Source: Campylobacterales bacterium (GTDB taxonomy: Bacteria; Campylobacterota; Campylobacteria; Campylobacterales; Sulfurimonadaceae). From it: 11,493 nucleotides of DNA. Below the pieces are notes generated by a model, which searched no databases, had not been told where the DNA came from, and saw only the letters and a list, made by a program, of their open reading frames with translations. The DNA lies in the NCBI GenBank assembly GCA_038205935.1, contig JBBRBK010000063.1, positions 1 to 11,493 on the forward strand, written 5' to 3'. The number at the start of each line of letters is the position of its first letter. Position 1 is the first letter of the stretch. A program made the translations under genes and the position numbers. Positions 7,233 to 11,493 of the stretch are shown piece by piece.

Positions 7233-7571
7233 ATGACAGTCAGTAACATAGCTCAAGCAAATTTCACTCGTGTGAATACTCAACAAAGTCAACAAGCATC
7301 AAATGCTGATTCACAACAACCTACGAGTCCTATAGATAAAGCTTCGTTTAGTGAGGTAGCAAAACAGTTAGCACAAAACAATCAAAATGTGCACAGTCAA
7401 AGCGGAGCTAGTGGCACTTGGTCTGGAACATCAAATACGCAGCCAAGTCAAAATGCACCAACTACAAGTTCTTCCAATGACTTGCAGTCTCTACTGATGA
7501 AAAATATACTATCCGCATACGGAGCTTCTCAGTCACAAAATAACGGAAGCAATATGAGTTTCACGGCTTAA
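7233..7571 (+). CDS. Small low-complexity Ser/Gln/Asn-rich protein of unknown function (112 aa)
   Basis: Strong RBS (TAGGAG) 6 nt before the ATG. It fills the gap between cyc2 and apbE. It has no signal peptide and no TM segment. Confidence 0.75.
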   Translation: MTVSNIAQANFTRVNTQQSQQASNADSQQPTSPIDKASFSEVAKQLAQNNQNVHSQSGASGTWSGTSNTQPSQNAPTTSSSNDLQSLLMKNILSAYGASQSQNNGSNMSFTA

Positions 7572-7574
7572 CAC

Positions 7575-8375
7575 TTGTATACATATAAGTTTGAAGTTTT
7601 TACAACTCTCTGCGAACTCCAACTTGAGAGTGATTGCGAATTATCTGCCAATGCATTGGCAGATGATATTTTATTTCACGCAAAAAGATTAGAAACTAAA
7701 TACAGTTATTTTAATGAAAATTCAGAGCTTTATCAAATAAACCATAGAGATCAAAATAGCTTACATGTAAGTGATGAGTTTGCAGGACTTTTACAGTTAG
7801 CTCTTTTTTACAGTGAAATAACAAATGGTGCATTTGACGTAGCCATGGCAGGAACGCTTAAAGATAAAAGAGAAAACTATGAAGTTATTATCCCTTTTGC
7901 ATCTTCTGCATGTATGAAGATTGATGGCAATATTTTAACTTTTAGCAACTCTAGTACAAAGATTGACTTTGGTGGACTAGTCAAAGAATACGCAGTAGAT
8001 CAGTCCATACTGATCTTACAACTCGCAGGAATCACATCAGCTCTAGTAAACTTTGGCGGTGATGTCACAGTGATAGGAACTTGTGAGGGTGAGAAATGGA
8101 GTATAGGCATACAAAATCCTCTCGATGAGAATGAAAATATTGAGATAATCGAGCTTAATACTTCTTCACTTTGTACATCTGGACATTCCAAAAGGTATAA
8201 AGAGATTGATGGAAAAAGATTCTCACACATCATCACATTAGAAAAAAATGATTTGAAGCAGATAAGTATCATCGCACCTACAACCATAGATGCGGGAATC
8301 TGGAGTACCGCTTTACTTGTAAATCCAGAATTACAGCTGCCAAACCATGTAAAAGTTGTGAGCAAAGTTTTATAA
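7575..8375 (+). CDS. apbE: FAD:protein FMN transferase (ApbE family), short form with no visible signal peptide
   Basis: Motifs SELYQIN, TNGAFDV, IDFGGLVKEYAVD, LVNFGGDV, WSIGIQNP, CTSGHSKRY, FSHII and DAGIWSTALLV. The TTG start lies 3 nt after the upstream stop; the exact start is somewhat uncertain. Confidence 0.9.
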   Translation: MYTYKFEVFTTLCELQLESDCELSANALADDILFHAKRLETKYSYFNENSELYQINHRDQNSLHVSDEFAGLLQLALFYSEITNGAFDVAMAGTLKDKRENYEVIIPFASSACMKIDGNILTFSNSSTKIDFGGLVKEYAVDQSILILQLAGITSALVNFGGDVTVIGTCEGEKWSIGIQNPLDENENIEIIELNTSSLCTSGHSKRYKEIDGKRFSHIITLEKNDLKQISIIAPTTIDAGIWSTALLVNPELQLPNHVKVVSKVL

Positions 8376-8406
8376 TATAGTTGCTTATATAGGATAAAAT
8401 ACAGAC

Positions 8407-9069
8407 ATGAATATTTTAATAGTAGAAGATGATTTACTCAATGCTGATCTCATAGAAAGGTTACTGCATAAAGAGGGCTTTGAAGTCGATGTCGCCACAT
8501 CGTTTGTCGATGCCATCTCTTGTATTGACAGAAGTATATATGATCTTATTGTACTCGACTGGAATCTACCCGATAAAAGCGGATATGAGTTTTTAAAAGA
8601 GCTTCGTAGTCTTTTAATAGATGCTCAAGTGTTGATGCTCTCAGCCAATGATGGAGTAGAATACAGAGTCAAAGCTTTAAATGGCGGTGCGGATGATTAT
8701 CTTTGCAAACCCTACTCACATGTAGAGCTTTTAGCTAGAGTCAATTCACTACTCAGACGTACAAACTCAAATAAGAGTACAGTCATTCAGATAGCATCAG
8801 TTTCTATTTATAAAAATACAAAAGAGGTTAAAATCGATAATGAATTTATCAACTTAACACCTGCAGAATATGATCTTTTAGAAGTTTTGGCATCAAACCC
8901 CAAGAAGACATTTACAAAATTTGAGCTTTTATCTCTTATCCATAATGATTATGCATCATTTTCAATGAGCAATATTATAGAAGTACATATAAAAAATATA
9001 CGAAAAAAACTCCAAGACAAAGAGATCATAAAAACCGTACGCAGTATCGGTTATAAGATCGTATCATAA
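8407..9069 (+). CDS. OmpR/PhoB-family two-component response regulator (REC + winged helix)
   Basis: REC motifs ILIVEDD, VLDWNLPDKSG, LSA and GADDYLCKPY. Winged-helix motifs LTPAEYDLLEVL, NIIEVHIKNIRKKL and IKTVRSIGY. A TATAAT at 8371-8376 may be its own promoter. Confidence 0.95.
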   Translation: MNILIVEDDLLNADLIERLLHKEGFEVDVATSFVDAISCIDRSIYDLIVLDWNLPDKSGYEFLKELRSLLIDAQVLMLSANDGVEYRVKALNGGADDYLCKPYSHVELLARVNSLLRRTNSNKSTVIQIASVSIYKNTKEVKIDNEFINLTPAEYDLLEVLASNPKKTFTKFELLSLIHNDYASFSMSNIIEVHIKNIRKKLQDKEIIKTVRSIGYKIVS

Positions 9070-9079
9070 AGGTTGAAAG

Positions 9080-10057
9080 ATGCGTAAATTACTTGGAATA
9101 TTTATACTGTTTATTTCACTACATGCCCAAGATTATGAATTAGGAAACGGCATACAAGTGGATTCCATGCCGCTCTACCTTGGAGGATATTTTTCACTTA
9201 ATTATGAAAATAAAGCAAATGAAAAAAAATATAGTCTCGATGATCTTGCAATACTTGGATATGGAAGTTACGAGAAGTTTTCCTATATGGCTGAATTTGA
9301 GTTTCATGAACTCTATTTTCAGAGCTCTGTTGGTGATAGCACAACTATCAAAAGAGACACTCGACTTCATGCTGAGAGACTCTATCTTGATTATGAATAC
9401 AATGAGCATTACACATTTAGAGTCGGTAGATATAACTCTTCTATAGGTTTTTGGAATCTTTTACCTATCAATGTACTCAGACAAACGACATCCGATCCAA
9501 AGACTCAAAATCTTTTTCCAAACTATACATCAGGTGCAGATCTGACATACGCATCTTATGATGATAACGGATTTAGAATCGATCTAATGCTGCAAAATAA
9601 TGAAGATCTCGATCCTACATACAACAACTATAATATAGACAAATTCTATGGAATAGGTGGTGTATATGAAAAGGATGATTATTCTATAAAGTTTAACGGA
9701 GGTTATTTTCATACTACAAACACTCTTGATGATAATCTCTATTATTTTTTACTTTCTGCAAAATATGATACTGATGATTATGAAATCTCAAGTGAGGTAG
9801 GCAGACAAGAGTCAAAAAAAAGAGTAACAACTCCCTATGCAGGATATCTTCAAGGTTTATACCGTTTTACGCCTAAGCATGTAGGAATTGTGCGTTTAGA
9901 GTCTTATGATGACAAGCTAAAAAACAAGTCAGACACCTTTGGCGTCCTTGGCTATACATACAGACCATCCTATCCAGTCGCGATTAAATCAGAGTATCAG
10001 TTTCACACTCTAAACAAAGAAAATCAATTTTTATTTTCTGTTTCGGTACTTTTTTAA
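9080..10057 (+). CDS. Predicted outer-membrane beta-barrel porin
   Basis: Signal peptide (SLHA|Q), Tyr/Phe-rich alternating beta-strands, the porin-like segment ERLYLDY..RVGRY..IGFWN, and C-terminal KSEYQ...FSVSVLF ending in Phe. Confidence 0.78.
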   Translation: MRKLLGIFILFISLHAQDYELGNGIQVDSMPLYLGGYFSLNYENKANEKKYSLDDLAILGYGSYEKFSYMAEFEFHELYFQSSVGDSTTIKRDTRLHAERLYLDYEYNEHYTFRVGRYNSSIGFWNLLPINVLRQTTSDPKTQNLFPNYTSGADLTYASYDDNGFRIDLMLQNNEDLDPTYNNYNIDKFYGIGGVYEKDDYSIKFNGGYFHTTNTLDDNLYYFLLSAKYDTDDYEISSEVGRQESKKRVTTPYAGYLQGLYRFTPKHVGIVRLESYDDKLKNKSDTFGVLGYTYRPSYPVAIKSEYQFHTLNKENQFLFSVSVLF

Positions 10058-10073
10058 TGAAGAGGGAGAAATT

Positions 10074-10475
10074 ATGAAACTTTTTTTAGCAATTTTTCTC
10101 TTATCAAATATTGCTTTTTGTCATGAATATGTTGTTGTTTCTAATAAACATATGGAAGATCTATCATCTTCTCAGATCAAAGCGATTTTTTTAAAAAAAT
10201 TAATCCTTGTCAAGGATATGAAAGCCGTTCCCATAAATCTTGATGCCAGAGATCCGCTTCGTGCAAAATTTGAACAAAAGATCTTAGAGATGAGCTTTGA
10301 TCGCTTACAGGCATACTGGACGAAAGAGCATTATCTTGGGCATCGACCACCCATTAGTTTGAAATCGCAAGAGAGTGTCAAAGCATTTCTCAAAAAAGTA
10401 GACGGTTCTATCGGTTATATCGAAATGGACAATATGGACGATAGTTTAAAAATATTATATAAATGGAGTGACTGA
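10074..10475 (+). CDS. Small exported periplasmic-binding-protein-like protein (often annotated 'phosphate ABC transporter substrate-binding protein')
   Basis: Signal peptide, VVVSN...LSSSQIKAIFLKK, YW.......RPP, V..F......GSIGYI. This is the pattern of ~130-140-aa single-lobe PBP-like proteins that typically accompany a porin. RBS GGGAG. Confidence 0.72.
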   Translation: MKLFLAIFLLSNIAFCHEYVVVSNKHMEDLSSSQIKAIFLKKLILVKDMKAVPINLDARDPLRAKFEQKILEMSFDRLQAYWTKEHYLGHRPPISLKSQESVKAFLKKVDGSIGYIEMDNMDDSLKILYKWSD

Positions 10476-11493
10476 TGGCAACTGTACTTTTATGTGACGA
10501 TGAGCTGATGAATAGAAAAGTCGCTTCTAAAATACTCGTTAAAGAAGGTTTTCGCGTTATAGAAGCTCAAAATGGACAAGAAGCTCTTGATATTTTACAA
10601 AATTCCACTGTGGATTTAATCCTTATGGACTTGATGATGCCTGTCATGGATGGTTTTGAAGCGACAAAACTCATAAAAAGTAACAAAGAACTTGCAGCCA
10701 TTCCACTTATCATCATCTCCGCGCTCTCAGATAAGGAAGCCGTTATTAAAGGTCTGGAGATGGGTGCTGATGAGTATCTCACAAAACCTTTTGACCTTAT
10801 GGACTTTAGACTCAGAATAAATAATGCGGTCAAAATAGGGATCTATCAAAATATGATCAAAGGGCACAAAGAGCTGTTGGAACTTGAAGTTCAAGAGAAA
10901 ACAAAAGAGTTGCGAGATGCACTTATTGAAGTCCAAAACAGTGAAAAAGATATCATCTCTATTTTAAGTAAAACGGCTGAATACAGAGATAATGAAACAT
11001 CCACACATACTATTCGAGTCGGTGAAATGGCCGCTGTTATGGCTAGCAAATTTGGCTGGGACGAGGATGCTGTGGAACTCATGCGACTTGCTGCTCCTAT
11101 GCATGATATCGGCAAAGTCGGTATTGAAGACAGCATCCTTTTAAAACCGGGTAAACTTGATGATGAAGAGTTTTTCATTATGAAAAAGCATGCACAAATA
11201 GGCTACTCTATCCTTTCTCAAAAAACGACACCACTGCTAAAACTTGCAGCAGAGATAGCCAACACTCACCACGAAAAGTATGATGGCAGTGGTTATCCAC
11301 AAGCTCTCAAAGCTGATGAGATTCCATATAGTGGAGCGATCGTGGCTGTTGTCGATGTTTTTGATGCACTTTTAAGCAACAGACCCTATAAAAAAAGCTT
11401 CACGCTCGAAGCCGCATTAGATATCATTAAAGCCGGTTCAGGAAATCATTTTCATCCAAAAGTCGTTGAACTTTTTTTAGAAAATCTGGATGA
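10475..11493 (+). CDS. REC + HD-GYP response regulator (RpfG-like cyclic-dinucleotide phosphodiesterase), 3'-truncated; not in the ORF track
   Basis: ATG at 10475 overlaps the upstream stop (TGATG) and has a GGAG RBS. Manual translation gives MATVLLCDDELMNRKV...LILMDLMMPVMDG...GADEYLTKPFD...AEYRDNETSTHTIRVG...APMHDIGKVG...HHEKYDGSGYP...VDVFDALLSNRPYKK...HFHPKVVELFLENLD. The frame stays open to the window end. Confidence 0.93.
   Translation, partial: MATVLLCDDELMNRKVASKILVKEGFRVIEAQNGQEALDILQNSTVDLILMDLMMPVMDGFEATKLIKSNKELAAIPLIIISALSDKEAVIKGLEMGADEYLTKPFDLMDFRLRINNAVKIGIYQNMIKGHKELLELEVQEKTKELRDALIEVQNSEKDIISILSKTAEYRDNETSTHTIRVGEMAAVMASKFGWDEDAVELMRLAAPMHDIGKVGIEDSILLKPGKLDDEEFFIMKKHAQIGYSILSQKTTPLLKLAAEIANTHHEKYDGSGYPQALKADEIPYSGAIVAVVDVFDALLSNRPYKKSFTLEAALDIIKAGSGNHFHPKVVELFLENLD

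Noticed and set aside
10074..10475. Genuine phosphate-uptake PstS
   Set aside because: It is less than half the length of PstS, and no pstCAB genes are adjacent.
8000..11178. ORFs 8000-8365, 9180-9446, 9194-9409, 10567-10833, 10727-10936 and 10891-11178
   Set aside because: These are shadows of apbE, the porin, and the unlisted + strand REC-HD-GYP gene starting at 10475.
11491..11493. Terminal 'tga' as the stop of the last gene
   Set aside because: It is out of frame (…CTG GAT GA), so the CDS runs past the window edge.

Overview
AT-rich bacterial chromosomal window. The 'IAHQWRQPL' kinase H-box, the AAGGA-type RBSs and the (TG)nTATAAT promoters without clear -35 boxes suggest Campylobacterota, possibly Sulfurimonas/Sulfuricurvum-like (inference). 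From left to right it contains: a 5'-truncated PAS/PAC histidine kinase coupled to a REC-HD-GYP-degenerate-GGDEF protein; a convergent membrane metallophosphoesterase (internal twin-arginine motif, probably leaderless mRNA); a divergent glutaminase; a convergent TPR membrane protein with a low-complexity tail; and a divergent + strand cluster. That cluster encodes a Cyc2-type fused monoheme cytochrome-porin (PSFARQT..CxxCH), a 112-aa S/Q/N-rich protein, a signal-less ApbE flavin transferase, an OmpR-family regulator with no adjacent kinase, a second porin, a small PBP-like protein and a 3'-truncated REC-HD-GYP protein that the ORF track missed. The most notable feature is the cyc2-smallORF-apbE-ompR arrangement. 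It has an 11-bp tandem repeat over the -35 region of the cyc2 promoter, so it is a candidate regulated, possibly flavinylation-linked extracellular electron transfer or metal redox module. No RNA genes, CRISPR arrays or mobile elements were seen.
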